Source: Azolla caroliniana (lineage: Eukaryota > Plantae > Polypodiophyta). From it: a stretch of DNA of 64,000 nt. The notes under the pieces are model-generated. The model saw only the letters and a list, made by a program, of their open reading frames with translations, had not been told where the DNA came from and made no database searches. The stretch is taken from positions 3,348,001 through 3,412,000 of the forward strand of contig JBHGNT010000016.1 of the NCBI GenBank assembly GCA_043228905.1, written 5' to 3'. Both the position numbers and the translations under genes were made by a program. The first letter of the stretch is position 1, and every line of letters starts with the position of its first letter. Shown one piece after another: positions 23,501-38,500 of the stretch.

Positions 23501-26500
23501 AACATACCTTGCCTCTTTAACCAAGGCTTTGGCCCACTGCGCAAGGTAATGAAATATGAGTATGCTTGGGTCTCTTCTTGTTAGAATTCAAGAAACAAAA
23601 ATAGAAGTTTTATATGACAACAATACAACGGCACAGGCTCATCAACAAAGAAAATTACAATTTTCTTATAGATCCATTATTCCTCATGCCACAAGTCAAT
23701 CAAGGACTACACAAATGGGCTTCCGACCCGGCCATTGCAAAGGGTCTACAATAGATCGGGCAATAGCAATTGGCAATGCACATAGGTCCCCACCTCATGG
23801 ACCACGATCTCACCACCTTTATCATCAACAAATAAAGGTCATTATCGCCCACCATCACAAGTGATACCCTCGCTTCAAAGATCTCTCCATTCTTTTAGTC
23901 ACTTTTATTTTTATTTACTATCTCAGTTAGTTGCATTCGTTTAGATGAGACAACATTAGTATATATTTCAATCTTTCTGCATATCGATTAGGAGCACTCT
24001 GTAGAGACACCTTTCTAATAACTCTCTTCGATTTAACTTTTGTATCTATAAATTCACTCTAAAGCTCAAATAAACAATAAGAATAACATCGTACCAAGAA
24101 GAGCATCATGAGCCAATCGTGTGGCAGCCTTTCCAGAAAAACCATAGAACTTTGTATATCTCCTGTAAGGACAAGATTCATATTTGTATATTATCAAATG
24201 TGTTTGGGATTCATTTCAAGGCATAATATGTACCTGTAATATGATCTTCCTTTCAAGAACTTGACCTTCGGCGAATCCCAAACTAAAGAGAATGTAACTG
24301 TTCGTTTCTGATGTGCTGGAACTGCAACTGTGGCTGCTACTGCACCTCCAATGGCTCCACCACGTGGCGATACACCAGTTGGAAAGGAATCCCAATGCTT
24401 CCCGTTGAACATTCCATGCTAAAAATGGTCAAATATAACTAACAATAATTAAATCCATTGCAGTCTGTAAAAAATGGTGAGCCTTATATGGCGTTTAATG
24501 CGTTGCCTTTTCTGTTACCATTTATATACTTCAACACATTTAAAAGAAGTGTTAAATATCATTTACAGTCTTCTTTTTGCTATTGTGATTGCAATGTCAG
24601 CATTAGTCACAATGACTGTTATTTTGGGTGAGTTTAATCTCTGGATGGAATGGGTAAGTGGTTGCAAGCCTTTGGCAACATATTTCTGTGATAAATAAAA
24701 CAATTTGTTACTTATTTTCCCAAGTATTCCTGTGCCAAGTACATAAGTTGCATCACCTAAATGCTTCATTGTGAAGACTTTGCAGCCAATTCATCAAAGT
24801 ATCCAACTCGTAAATGACCATCCCGATTAACGTATCATCTTATGCCTTATTCGTGTAAAGGCAGTGAACTACTTTTCGTAAGTTTGACGTCTTTACCTTG
24901 CACCATAAAACCCTCTTCTTGCTCTCTTAATATTTCCTCATCTCAGAAAGCTCTCTTTTATCGTCATTTGAAGTCTGAACAAATTTCATTAAGGATAAAC
25001 AGTATACCAAGTAGTCATATTTCCTGTACGTATAAAAATATCATCAAATTGTAGCCCTTTCTCTTTCCTACAGGAAAAGCACCACCAGCTACTAATCGCT
25101 TTGCATAGCCTCCTCATAGCAAGAGGGCTTACCAAAGTCCATCAACATTAAATATTCCAAACTGGGAAAAGCTTTTGAGGTGGAAGAATGGCTGGTTCCA
25201 TGGCCATGATCTTCTCAGAAGAAGAGCCAGACGAATATTAATGTTTGCACCTATTAGCCAGAAGAGTCTATAGTTTAAAGAAATTAATTGCCTGAATGGT
25301 GACTAAAAGCTTATATTCCTCACTTCTTAGTATTTACAGATCTTCCAGTAACTGATTTCGCTATGCATAAAATAGTAGCCCGTCTTGCCTCAGACAATTG
25401 TATTATTAAGAGATTAGCTTCATTCACCTACACACCTCTTTGATTTCCATCCACATATCTCGGGCTGAAAACTCTTGGTTATCATTCCCTAACATAGAAA
25501 AGCATGGGAATACGGATATGTGAACTTCATCAGTCATCTGAGCTGCAATCGCAAACGTTATTGGTGGATTACCATTTGATGTCCTGTAATCACAAATACA
25601 TCAATATTCTCGCCTAACATTTTTTAGTTTAGGAAAAATACTTTCATCGGGATTTAATATATACCAATTCATTATAAAGGATACTCCATTATATACAAGA
25701 AATAGCAACTCAAGTAAACACATTCCGGCATCAAGAAAACTAAAATTATCTACAGCTCTATATAGAGGATTTTCAACAATGAGCAACAAAACATTACCAA
25801 ACCAAGCATACAGCCCATTATGTTCTCATTGTATATATCATGCCTAGAGGAACTGTGGTTATTTTTCTTTCTCATTTTGTGATTGATTGTCAACTTCCAT
25901 ATACTGTATCATGTAATTCAATAAATATGATCTATTTGAAGCTAATAAAACCTTAACGAGCTTTACACACATCTAGTTTCTATGTATATAACTCTAAAAC
26001 AATCCCTTGCCTTACATACATTTCCCTATTCACAGTGAGAGGAGAAAGTCGTCTTTTTCTTACCATACATAGTAACATGAAGAAGTAAATAAAATGTTGC
26101 ATTAACGTCTTCAAAAGGCCATGAGACCAAAAATTACATCCATGTAAATCTTATAGAAGTCTGGTAAAATAAAGAAAATAATTTGTACCAAACTAAGCAA
26201 TTGATCAAAGTACAATAATATAGGAACCATGGGGATATAAAATGCACAAAATAAATAGATGCATATTTAGGATAGGTAGAACATCGGTGAATCAGCCCAT
26301 GAATGCTCCCATATAATGTATGACATCAATATCATACTACATATGGAAGCATTCATGGCGAATTATGCTCGATAATGATTATAGTCTGCTGCTTTATCTG
26401 CTTTGAAGTTTTAGCTTGGATTCACTTTATTCTTCAACAAGAGAACAAAGTTTCTTAAATTTCCTACAATGCTCTTATTTCAGTTTCATTGCATAAACTC

Positions 26501-29500
26501 AATGTTATCTTATATGATTATCCATTATTTCTTTTTGCAACATAGTGAACCACTTGACAATGATGCATTTTCTTTTCTTCTTGATGAAATAATGGTCTCC
26601 AATTAATAGAATACACAACTCAATGCAGTTCGTGATTTCTTGGTGATTGAATATGTGTCTCCTCACCAGAGCATGGAAAAGACAATGATTTTCTATGGTA
26701 TACTTATATACACTAAGGCGGATGTGCCAAGAAGCAACCATGTACTGCAAAGAAAAAAATGCCCCACTTAATGAAATGGGGCATCTTCATGAGCCTCAAT
26801 ATCTGATTAAGCTTAAATTAAGCACATTTGCAGCACACGGCTCATAAACGCCAGCGAATTGTTCATTTCATCAAAAGGGAAATATCTCTAATATTCAAAT
26901 CTGATAGAACAGAAAATGTCCCCAAGATTTCAACAATTGACTGAGAATGTAAGCAACTGGACAGCTGAAAGGGATAGTAGACAATCAACCTGGTATCATG
27001 TCTACAAATAATAATCACTCCCTGTGGATAGGGAGTGATAGGAACAAAAGAAAGACGTAGTAAAGTCTCTAGAAGACTGAAAGTAAAGTTGCAAATTAGT
27101 TGCAAACACATCAAAATTTTAATGCCTAAAGTTTAGAAATTTCTCAAAGTTTAAATGGGACTCCCTGTGGATAGGGATTTGACGGGAACAAAAGAATGAT
27201 GTAGTAACGTCCCTAGAAGACTGGAAGGAAAACTGCAAATTAGTTGCAAACACACCAAAAAATTTAAGCCTAAATTTTAGAAATTTCTCAAAGTTTAAAT
27301 GGGAAATTTATAGTCCTCATCATCTCATTTCTTTTCTCCAATTACGTGATTGATATAGCCTTTATCATGAGATAGGATATTTAAAATTGCCTTTACCATG
27401 AGATTTCAAAATTTGGTAAATCAAGGCATTATTCCAATCAGCATAAATGCACTACTCCAGTTGTGATGTGACGAGCGCACATGAGGAAATAAAAGATTGA
27501 GGGATAGAGCAAACATACGACGAGAAGAACACGATACAAGATGAACTTAAAGACAACAAAGTTACTTAGATCAACTTTCAAAGATCTTACACTATGAATA
27601 AAAGGTCAAGGGTTCAAATCTTGTAATGGACAATGAAGGGAGAAAGGTGCTACAATAAATAGCAAGGTGTAGAGTAGAGGTTTGTGGTAAAAACAAAAAA
27701 GGACTTAAAAGTTGCACGTTCGTCGAGTCTCGAGGTCAAGTGCCACAAATAGAAACTTATTATTTTGGTAAGGGCCCGCTAAAAACCTATAAAAGGGAGA
27801 GGAGAGCTCATTGTTGGGAGAGAATTTTAGATTGAGGCGAAAACACTACCAAATTCTCAAACGAGCTTGGAGTAGCAAATCAAGAGGGCATTAGAGATCA
27901 CCGATGGCAAGAGGCAACAAAACTGTCTTGTGGTCCTCTAAACAAAAACTCGAGGATATCCCTCCAAAGCTTTACTCGCTATTCCTACATCTCTATTTTT
28001 TATATTCTTACCTTTCAATGCACTTCATGTAACAGAGTCAAGAATTATCTCGTTTGTATTTAGACTGATCTTTCAATCTTTGATGTAATTAGTTTTTGGC
28101 ATTCATATAAATTAATTTCAAAAATCCACTATCTAATGTTATTCTCAATCAGACAATGATTGCATCAGAAATTTTGTTGGAAAATTCTGAGCTTGGAACA
28201 CAAACTTATGGAGATTTGGAGCAAGATTCATAAAAAGACAAGCCGTCAAATTACTGCACCAAAAAACTCACATTATGGTTTGCCACGAGGTTTGTGTCAG
28301 ATTTTTCAGATCATGATTCCAACCACTGGGTGAGAAGTTGAGAGAGACAAAGAGAAGAGGTTCTATTTCACCTTGTTGCACAATTATATTAGCAAGTCCA
28401 ATGCCAACTAAAAAATGAGAATGGTTTCTCATAATACTTTTTAAGTAACATGGGATCTAACCAAGGATGTCCATTATCATAAACCTTGCTTAGCCCCCAT
28501 GTTACTTTTTAAGTAACATGGAGGGGGGCTAAGCAAGGTTTATATGCATTGATAAATTGGAAGAAGTTGTGAATAGGGTAGCAAGAGAAGAAGGATTAGA
28601 TGCCCCAAAACTTATGCAACAAGTTATCTTGTTGCTTTTATATGTGAATGACGTGGTTATACTTCATATGATGTTGATGGTATGCAACGTTTACTTGGAG
28701 CATTAGATGCATTTGTCAAAGTAGTGCATTAACTGTAAATGAAGATAAAAACCAAAATGACAGTAGTACGAACCATCCAGCCTCACCAATACCCTATGCT
28801 TACATAGATGGGAGAACATGCACAATTTGTACAAAGCTTTAAGTATCTTAGTATTGATGTACCTACCACAAAAAATGGAGTGTATGCTTTGAGTCTAGAC
28901 TTCAAGCTGGTTGGAAAAGTTATTATATGTTGGAAAATAAATGCAACCCAAGTGATACTCATGGATCGGACGTGAAACTAATGTTATAGTATCTTAGTAT
29001 TGATGTACCTACCACAAAAAATGGAGTGTATGCTTTGAGTCTAGACTTCAAGCTGGTTGGAAAAGTTATTATATGTTGGAAAATAAATGCAACCCAAGTG
29101 ATACTCATGGATCGGAAGAACTAATGTTATTTAATGTCATGGTAACACAGGTTTTGCTTTATAGAGTACAAGTGTGGGGAGGCACTATCTCTCTTAATGT
29201 ATGGAATGAGATTGAGAAGATTCACAGTATGTTTTTAAGGAGACAAAAGGGAGTTAAATCCACCACCTCTTATCAAGTTATGCTCTTGGGAACAAGTGTT
29301 CAACCTATAAAGATATTGGCACTACAGAGCATATATAGATGATACATTACAAAAGTCAAGAATATGTCAAATCATAGAATACCACATCTTGCTTAGAATG
29401 TTGGGTGTAAACTACAAAAGAATCACAAAACCGATATTCTCTCTCATCTGGTTGGGTAATTGACATCAGAAAATGGTTCAAAAGATGGGATGTGGAAGAA

Positions 29501-32500
29501 CTCCTAGAGTTTTCAAGTGATGCTACGAAATATGTAGTTATTGAGGAAAGATTAATGGAACCATTAAGGAAGAAGTGGAAAGATGCTAAACAGACAAAAT
29601 TAGAATATTACATTACAAACATCAATCCTGAATGTTGGGTACTATATAAGGCAAGAAGGCCTATTGATCGTATTCAACCTTATCTCATTACAAACATGAG
29701 TATTACCTCTCGTGAGTCCTAACACTCTTTCGCACTCGATCACATAACCTAGGTATTGAGGTTGCATTATGGAATCAAAATCAGCCAAATATAAAGACAT
29801 GTAATGTGTGCGAGGAAAGGCTAGTAGAGAATGAGTATCACATGCTTTTTAAGCTATGACGATGTATAAAGAGGGGGTGATGACTTGAGTGTCACACTAA
29901 AGAAAACATCTAGAAGGTTGAGCTCATATGTATATGCCTTATTCACACATCGAAACTTGGTGCTTCAAAGTGTGAATATCCCTTCTTAGGAAGGAGACAC
30001 CCATCAAGATAACTTTTGTACTAAGGTCCCATGGGTCAATATTGGCCTCTATATGGACACTAAACATATCTATCTATGTTCTCCTCAAACATTCACTTCA
30101 TCCAACGTTCTCCTCCTTCAACATCCGGATAGGGAATAAAATAATAATATGAGTACGTATACAAGCCACATAGATTAGATTTATTTGTGTAAGGCAAGAT
30201 TCAAACCTTACACTTAAGACTTTGAAGCATTGTATTTACCAATAGGGTGACTACTATTGAGAGTTTCATTTGTCATAGATAAATTTTACGTATGAATACA
30301 TAGTCAAAAACCACCAAAACTAAACCACATGCACAAACCCAGGGTACAATGTTGGACGCCCATGACCCATCCTCTCTGGTTCAAGTCCTTGGAGGTCACA
30401 TTCAGATTCACACGCACGCGCTTAAATTCACGACACCAGTCCAATATAGCCTAGGTTACCCCCATCTAAACATGATCAAAGTAGAAAAGAATAGAGTGAT
30501 CCGAACTGATATTATTAAACTTGAAAGCAAGATAACTTTGAATAACTTTGGAACTGAACTGAACCGTGACTTAATGGTTTAAACAGTTCCGTTTGGTTCG
30601 GCTCAAGTTCAAGTTTTTTTAATAGATCAGTTAAAACAGTTTGATGGTTTAGGGTTGCCAATTGATTTTTTTAAATATTTTTTTAAACAATCTTTTCATT
30701 TTTAAGCCTAATTCTCACATTTTAGGAAAAATCTTTAAAATTTTGAAAATTTTAAATTTGAAATAATGAATATATTTAAATTTTAAATTTTAAATTTTGA
30801 GTTTTGACCTAACTTGAAAACCAAAACCGAACCACGAAACAATGGTTTAACGGTTAGGATTTTTTGTAACGTTTCGGTTTAAACGGTTTCAAGTTGAATG
30901 GTTTCGTGGTTAGGTTCGGTTCAGTTCAGTTCAAGTTTCAAATTTTTTAAACAGTTCGGTTTTGACACTCTCAAACCGAACTGTTGCCAGTTGTCAATAG
31001 GGAGACATGAATGAATACCTCTAGAAGAAAGAATTTGCCAATTGTGTTACAAGGGCTTAGAATCTGAAGAACAATTGATTTGTCATTTTAGAGTTTTTTA
31101 TGAAAGAAGAGGGAGATACCATTGCCTCTTTAAGCAAGGGTTTGGCCCATTATGCAAGGTAATTGACTCTGAGGACCAACGGTGCCTAGGGCTTTTCTTG
31201 CTAGCACTCAAGAGACACGAGGAAAAGTTTTTGAAGGACAACAATACAGCCACTGCTCATCAACAAAGAACAATCACAACTTTCTTTAGCCCCATCACTC
31301 CTACTCATGCTACAAGTCAATCAAGGGCTACACAAATGAACTCCCAACCAAGAGATAGTAAAGGGGTTACAATAGATCGAGTAAATGCAATAGCCTCATT
31401 GTTACGGGCATGACCATATAATATCCCGTGGTAAGATTGTGTCATAATATTCTATACACGTGGATAAAGTGTGAGGGTTAAAAGAGAGTGTAAAGAAGGG
31501 AAGGATTTTAATCCTTGGGATTGAGACAACCCATTAAGGCCAAGTGTGAACTTGCTTGGGGGCCTTAGGTTTGGCTATAAATATGAGGCCTAGCTACCCT
31601 CATTTGACACTTTATTGACTATGTCGAGACTCTGTCCTCGTGGTGATCAACTCTTGAAGCGGGCGCCCCAGTACCAAATGCGACTCGATGCCACGGCGGT
31701 GTATGGGACGCCGATTGAGGCTCAAGTCCGTCTTGATCTCTTCGCTCAAGGGTGGTCGGGTGGATCGGCACCCTTCTTTCTCTCTCTCCTCTCCATTTTC
31801 TAATAATATATTTCCTTATCTCATGCTTACATTAGGATCTAGCTCTAACACTCATGGAGCACGATTTCACCACCCTTTTCATCAACAGTCTCCCACCATC
31901 ACAGTCAGAGACCTCTCCATTCTAGATCAACCTATGACAGAAATCTTTCAAAGACAAGCATTATAATCTATCTGACTTGAGAATCTTACATGTATTGATA
32001 ACAAGATTCTTTAGTCAGTTTTTATCTTATTTACTTTTATACCCAATAACATTTGTTCTCAAAGACGAGCAACACTCAAGATGTAGACTCTTGTTTGATC
32101 TTTTAGGCCATTTTGGCCTCTTAAAAAAAGACATTAATATATCGTTCTTTCTTTTCTAAGCACAGATAAAAGCTCAAACATGGACAAGTAGAAATACATC
32201 CTAACTAATGTATGTCCTGCACACAACAAAAGCATTAGGAATAATGATACATGCAAGTTGGCTTACTAGGTAATACTATGAGCACCGTAAATATTAGTAT
32301 ATAATTATTCTATGGTAAAAGCTTTCAGAAAGACTCGTGTGATACAAAACCTAGCAAGTAAATTGTGATGCTCAAAAATAAATACAACATGAAAAGAACT
32401 AACAGAAAAGGACCAATGGTTTACTTGTGATGCAAAAGAACACCACCCACTCCATCATCCTCCCTGTTGTAAACAAATACCATAAATGTTGGTGCATTTC

Positions 32501-35500
32501 CCTCAACTACCAAAATTACAAAGAAAAAGACCAAATCAAGAACCTACATGAAGCATTCATTAAAATGTCCACCAGTAAAGTGTGTTTGTCCACCAATGGA
32601 ATTCTGCATTATTAAGATATAGTACAAATGTGTGATGAAATCTAATGGTTATTATGATTAAAGTAAAAATGTTGTGCATACATATTACAATTGGAAAAGT
32701 AGTACGTATTCTTACCATCCACGAGAAAGCTAATGTCACAATTGCATTATCATTCCCAGTGTTGACAAACTGTCACCCAAAACACGTGATCATGAAAGAC
32801 TCAGTATAAAAGATTAATTCTAATAAGGCATACAGGAACACTTACTGTATATGAAAAAACTGTTGCTGGTAAACAGCTTTCCCTATAGTTGTTTGGAATG
32901 AAAGGTGAGACCTGACGACATGATATTTTAAGTTCTGGATCTGGTTCGCCTGTTAAAATCTATTCACAACTTAATTTGTTCCCTAAGATATTTGAAGTTC
33001 TGGATCTAGTTTGCCTGTTCTCCAAGAATATTAATTCCAGATTTTTGACATAAAAATCATGATTTACCATCATAAATAGTCCATGCTCTAGGGAAAACTG
33101 CATGATAAGTTGAATGTTGACCATCTAGATTCCAATCCCATGATGCAATACTCGCATCATCTAACATTCTTCAAATATATAAATTAGTGTCAGCTTCAGT
33201 AGACAAATCTATAACTGTACAACATCAGATTGCTTTGTATGTCAAACACAAATTCATGAAAAGAATTTGCTAATCCAGGCAAACCATCTGCACAATAAGT
33301 GTAGAAAATACTCAACTAAATATAAAATCCTGCATAGCAAAGTTATGTATGTAAAACACATACATAACCAATTATGATAAGAAACACATCAACACAATAC
33401 ATCATATGCCAAATGGATATGAAAGGCAAACTGGGTTAAAGTAGAATTCAGAAACAGAAACCCACGCAGTACACCATTTTCTGCTGACTCTGGTCTGTTA
33501 GGGTATGTTCCAGAGTATAATCATTTAGAATCTATCAGACATTTACCAATACTTCTTATGGCTGAGTTTTCTCCTATGTGTATGTGTTTATGAAGATGTT
33601 ACATCAGGTATTTTATTTGACCATGAAAAATGACATTAAAAACTCTGCAGTGAAACAAATTCAAATGAAACGTTTCTGGTTAATTCATTCATTTTAATTG
33701 TCTTTTTCTGTGACACACGTGGTGGTCCCCAACAAAGTATATGACATACTTAGATGGATATCAAGACGGGTGAATACACCACCCCAAGAATAGTTATAAT
33801 TGCGTTGAAGAATGACATGTATCTCAATCTCCCGATAGTGGTCTCACTAAAATTACTGATAATCTTTGTATCCGCTGAAAGTGTATTATTTAGGGAATCA
33901 GTTTATAAACAACAGCAAATAGTTCTAACAAATTGACATATTCTTTGAGGTGGGCCCCCAACAGTAGAAGCATCCACAACTAAAGAGAGGCAAAACTGAA
34001 AAGGAAAAAAACCAAATCCTAGGTGAGAAAAGTGACAAATAAAAACTTTACGTCAGGGCTAATGATTGAGAGTGTGAAACGCAAAATAAAAGAAAATTTA
34101 TATACACAGCTTTAAAGATGCCAAGATAGCCGTTGATAACTAGAAATAATTACTATGGGACTCAGTGGACACCACAGAAGTACATAAAGAGAAGCTATAA
34201 GAGAAGCATCGGGGTTTGAATTTTGCATAAAAAGTTTTTAGGTTTGAGTAATCATGTACCTGAGACTTGGAATAGTTACTACAAAATTTCTAGTAACCTA
34301 GTAAAGTTTCCAGCACTATATTTATTTCCTCACACTTGTATATGTCAGGATAGCTTCTTGCGCCTCTCATCTTCCTCTATGTTAAGCATTATCAGTAGAA
34401 TGTAGTAAGTTTTTCATTTAATATCACTCATTGTTTATCACTGCTATAATTTACACTTTACAGCAAGATGTCTACACTGTTTGCTTGTAAAACAAAAACT
34501 CAGTATAGAAGATGTGACAACACATGAATAACAAGTAATAAATTTGTACTCTCCAACAAATTAGAATAAAAAATCCTAAAGTTTCTTGCAGTGCACACTT
34601 TACCCAAGTTCAGTAGGTCGTCCAGGATACAACACAGAGCTGAATTTTTTTCCATTATCCCGTGAAATAAATACCTGTTGAAAGCGAAATCCTTGTAGAA
34701 AATGAGAACTTTTCTTGGTAAATTACTTGATGAGTTCCACACATAAACAGCAAGAAATGGCAATATACCGAGAATTGATTTGGTAATACCGGCCCTTCTT
34801 CACAAACTCCAGGTAGTAACTGCCACCGTCTAAACTCTCCTCTGAAGCCTCTACCAATACTTCCAGAACTGTACATACCAACACGTTCCTAAATGGTATT
34901 GAATATAATAAAAGAAAAGTGGCTTTTATGAAATAGTTACAATATGTTTGGTATAAATTAAATCTTTCCATACCCCATGCCACCAAGGGGAACACCATGG
35001 CAAGCTGAAGCTCGAATTTGCCGACTGAAAGGATCTATTGGTGGTGTCTGTACAAATGAACAAAGTCCTTGAAAGCTTGATTAGACCACAAAATGGTAAT
35101 CCCCAAATAGACTAAAGATTTATGTATGTATAAAATCTACAAATGTTTCTCCATCTTAAACTGTCTTAACAATCAGTTATGCCTCACCCTTGAAAACTGG
35201 TTTGTTTAATAGCATCCCTCACCGATCAAGAACCTACATTATTGGATTGCAAGCGTTGGAAGCACGTTAACAGTAAAGATGCAGACAAGTTGCAACCCTT
35301 GGGGAGATCCTTTTGAACAGATGAAAACCATAAACGAATGTCTAACATCTACTACCACATCAAGAGGACAATCAAGAGGGAAAGATAGTGCACATAACTT
35401 TCTTGCTTCTGTGATTTGCTTTCATTCAACATTTCCCTGGAATGATGTCACACACAACCACAAAAAGATATATATGGGCATATGCACCATCAAAATAATT

Positions 35501-38500
35501 AGGAGATTAAACACGCTCATTCCTGATTGGCCGCAAATCTAGCTTAGCTGGAAGACGTGCACATCTCCTAAATTGACTAGATTTATTTTGTTATTTTTTA
35601 TATTTATGTTCATTTCCCATCAGTAGCCTTAATCATAGTTGAATGTACAGCGTGAAAATTGGCATCTCGATATGTAACAAGCTCAATTTGATAATTCTTT
35701 ATGGGCCTAAACTTTTTCAACGGATAAGAAACTCCACGCCAGTGTCATGTGTAGACATTACCAATTTAAAATTTGTGTTCAAAATATTACGCATTTAGTC
35801 ACTTCTATTTATTTATTTTTACATGTATTTTGGTTTGTTGTTCTCAAAGACGAGACATCATTTTAAGATGTAATCTCCCGTTTGGTCGTATAAGCCATTT
35901 TGTCTCTTTAAAGACATTAATATATTCTTCTTTCTTTCTACAGCCATTTGGGGCTGAGCCATTTTCTTTCATTATCGAATTTAATATTATCAATTCCGAT
36001 CATTGTATTCTTTTCCACTTTGGTCATGTCCAGTGGGCAATCCAAGCTATATTGGAACAGGGGCAGTACATTTATACTTGATTTAGAAACTTCTAGAAAG
36101 TTAGAGTTCACATAGTTAATGAAGATAATAACATAAACTTAACATGTTCATCCGTCAACAAAGTTAACCTGGATTTGGTCATTATTTAATATTCTTCATT
36201 TATAACTTTCGTCCAAGTAAGTGTTCCTCATAGGTCATTCTATTACTCATGATTTCATATAATTATATATCAAGAAGTGTGGATTTCTGCCCACTAATCC
36301 CATGATTAGCTCCTATGTTAGGAAATGGACAACCATGATGTTAGTTTTCTAATTTCCTGTATGACATGGTTGATAGATATTTCCATTGCCTACACCTTTG
36401 TGTTTGCATGGAAGCATACACTCGGTAGGGCAGTGGTAGGTAGCCCTAGCATAATTAAGTATTAGCCTCTTTAAGATGCAATCTCTTGTTTGGTCTCATA
36501 GAGCATTTTGGCCTCTGAAAAGACATTAATAATTCTTTCTTCTTTCTTTCTTTAAAGTCTTCAAGGTCTCTCTTGCAAGAAGTTAATTTTTCTTTCTGTC
36601 TGTCTTATTATACTTTTGCAACTAGTAGATGATTTTGGAGTTGAAAGACTCTCAACGGAGGTTTTGTCAATCCTGCTGAGAAAATCAAAATCTTCTGGAG
36701 GTTTACTAAATATCACACGAAATCTTAATTTGTTATAGTTTGATCAAGACGAATCCTGCCTCAAAGCTATTAAATGGTTCGGAATCTAATTCTTCAAGCC
36801 TTAGAATTTGTTGAAAGCTTTCTTAACAACTTTGAAATATTTCCCTCTGATAACAGAACAAATATACAAGCACCTGTGTACATAGCCCTGCATGTATATG
36901 CATATGCATTGTTTATGTATGCATAGTGCATGCATACACTCTAATAGAGACATGATAAAATCCTAATAAAATATCAAATCAAGTTCAAGATTCTCTCATT
37001 AACATGACAATTCAATTTCTAGAACATTGGGCATATGCCAAAGATACTCAAATTGTCCAAACAAGTATAAATGGTTTATAGTTATACTGAGATATACCCT
37101 TCCTTGTGAGCGCTCTTCTTGATTGTAAGCCCAAAGTCGATAACCAAGCTTAATCTGTACACTCGACGATAATAAAACTTCCAATGAATATACTGAAGTC
37201 GTGCGTATATTTGCATGCTAGCACTCACATAAATGCAAACACACACACACACACATCAAGAGATGGATGCTAAAAAAACATGCACTTACACATGTTAGCA
37301 CATAGAAGAAACATATGTCAACGTACCATCTTGACTGCCTCTGTGAATGTTACATTGAACTCTCTAAGAAAATTTGCATGATTGTTTAGTTTTCGTCTCC
37401 ATGCTATCTTTGGTGGGGCTCCTAGATCATCTTCTAACTGCAACAACAGAAGGCATTCGAAGAGGTCAATTATATTGATATATTAAAGACAAGCCCAAAG
37501 CATCATTCTTCAAATTTTCACTGCCAATTTGTTTTCAAATTCAAGGTCTATAGAATATTCCAGTTCTCCCATTAACGCTTATAAAAACAACAATCTTTTA
37601 TTCATGTATTGCAAAACAAATCAGGCTAAATTCTCCATCAGAGGCCAAAAAGAGCACCATAAACAACTACAGTGCTCCAACTCTAGCTTTAACAAACAAG
37701 TCTACAGACATTCATTGGCAGTCCTTATGTTATTAACAATAGAAATTTGCAATTGTATAGGTACAATCAGTATTATGAGCCAAGTTTTTCTACAACAAAA
37801 TTCTAGATGCTAGTTTTATCCCATAATAGCCTTTTTAATTCAAAGCTACAGGTACAATATTTATTTGAAGGGATTCTTAACCGTTGGATAGAAAAGAGAG
37901 CACATACACTATTGAATCAGCACAGAAAGACAGAGATATTAAAATCTTAAAAGACTATGAAGTCCTACAAGACCTGAAAAAAGAATACAACTGTTTATCT
38001 TAACTCATCAACACAAGTAACAAAAGAAAAATGTCTTTCTACGTTACCTTAAACTAAATGTTTTGTAATGTCACTGTGCCTCATAATTATTCAATAATCA
38101 AGCTTGGTGTTTGACAACTGGAACTGAAAATGCTGCCTCTAAAAATAGCCACCACCAGGTGATCCAATATGAAAAGGTCTGCAGAATGAGGAGGGAGTGT
38201 CAGCCATGCAATATGATGATGTTTGGTTGTACATCATGAGGAGTGTGTTTCTAATCGTATCTGTGCCAAAATATATGTCAAAGATCTCTGCCTAAGTGGA
38301 CCAAAGTGTAAACCTCTTCCTCAAGAGATTCTCTGAGTCTGCTCATCAGTAGAAGGCAGCGACCTAAGCATCTTTGATAATCATGCTCCACATACAAGAG
38401 AAGTTCAATTTTTTTCTAAAGAGCTTCCTTTGATCTCACACTAGACTGGGTGATGAAATATATAATGCTCCTCATATTCAACTTTTTGATTGCAAATCTG

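Noticed and set aside
38048-38260. AG/GT-bounded 213-nt segment in GBA2 intron 1 as a candidate first or extra exon
   Set aside because: In-frame stops and no GH116 similarity. The true first exon (39737-39672, [14 protein letters not shown]) matches the family N-terminus.
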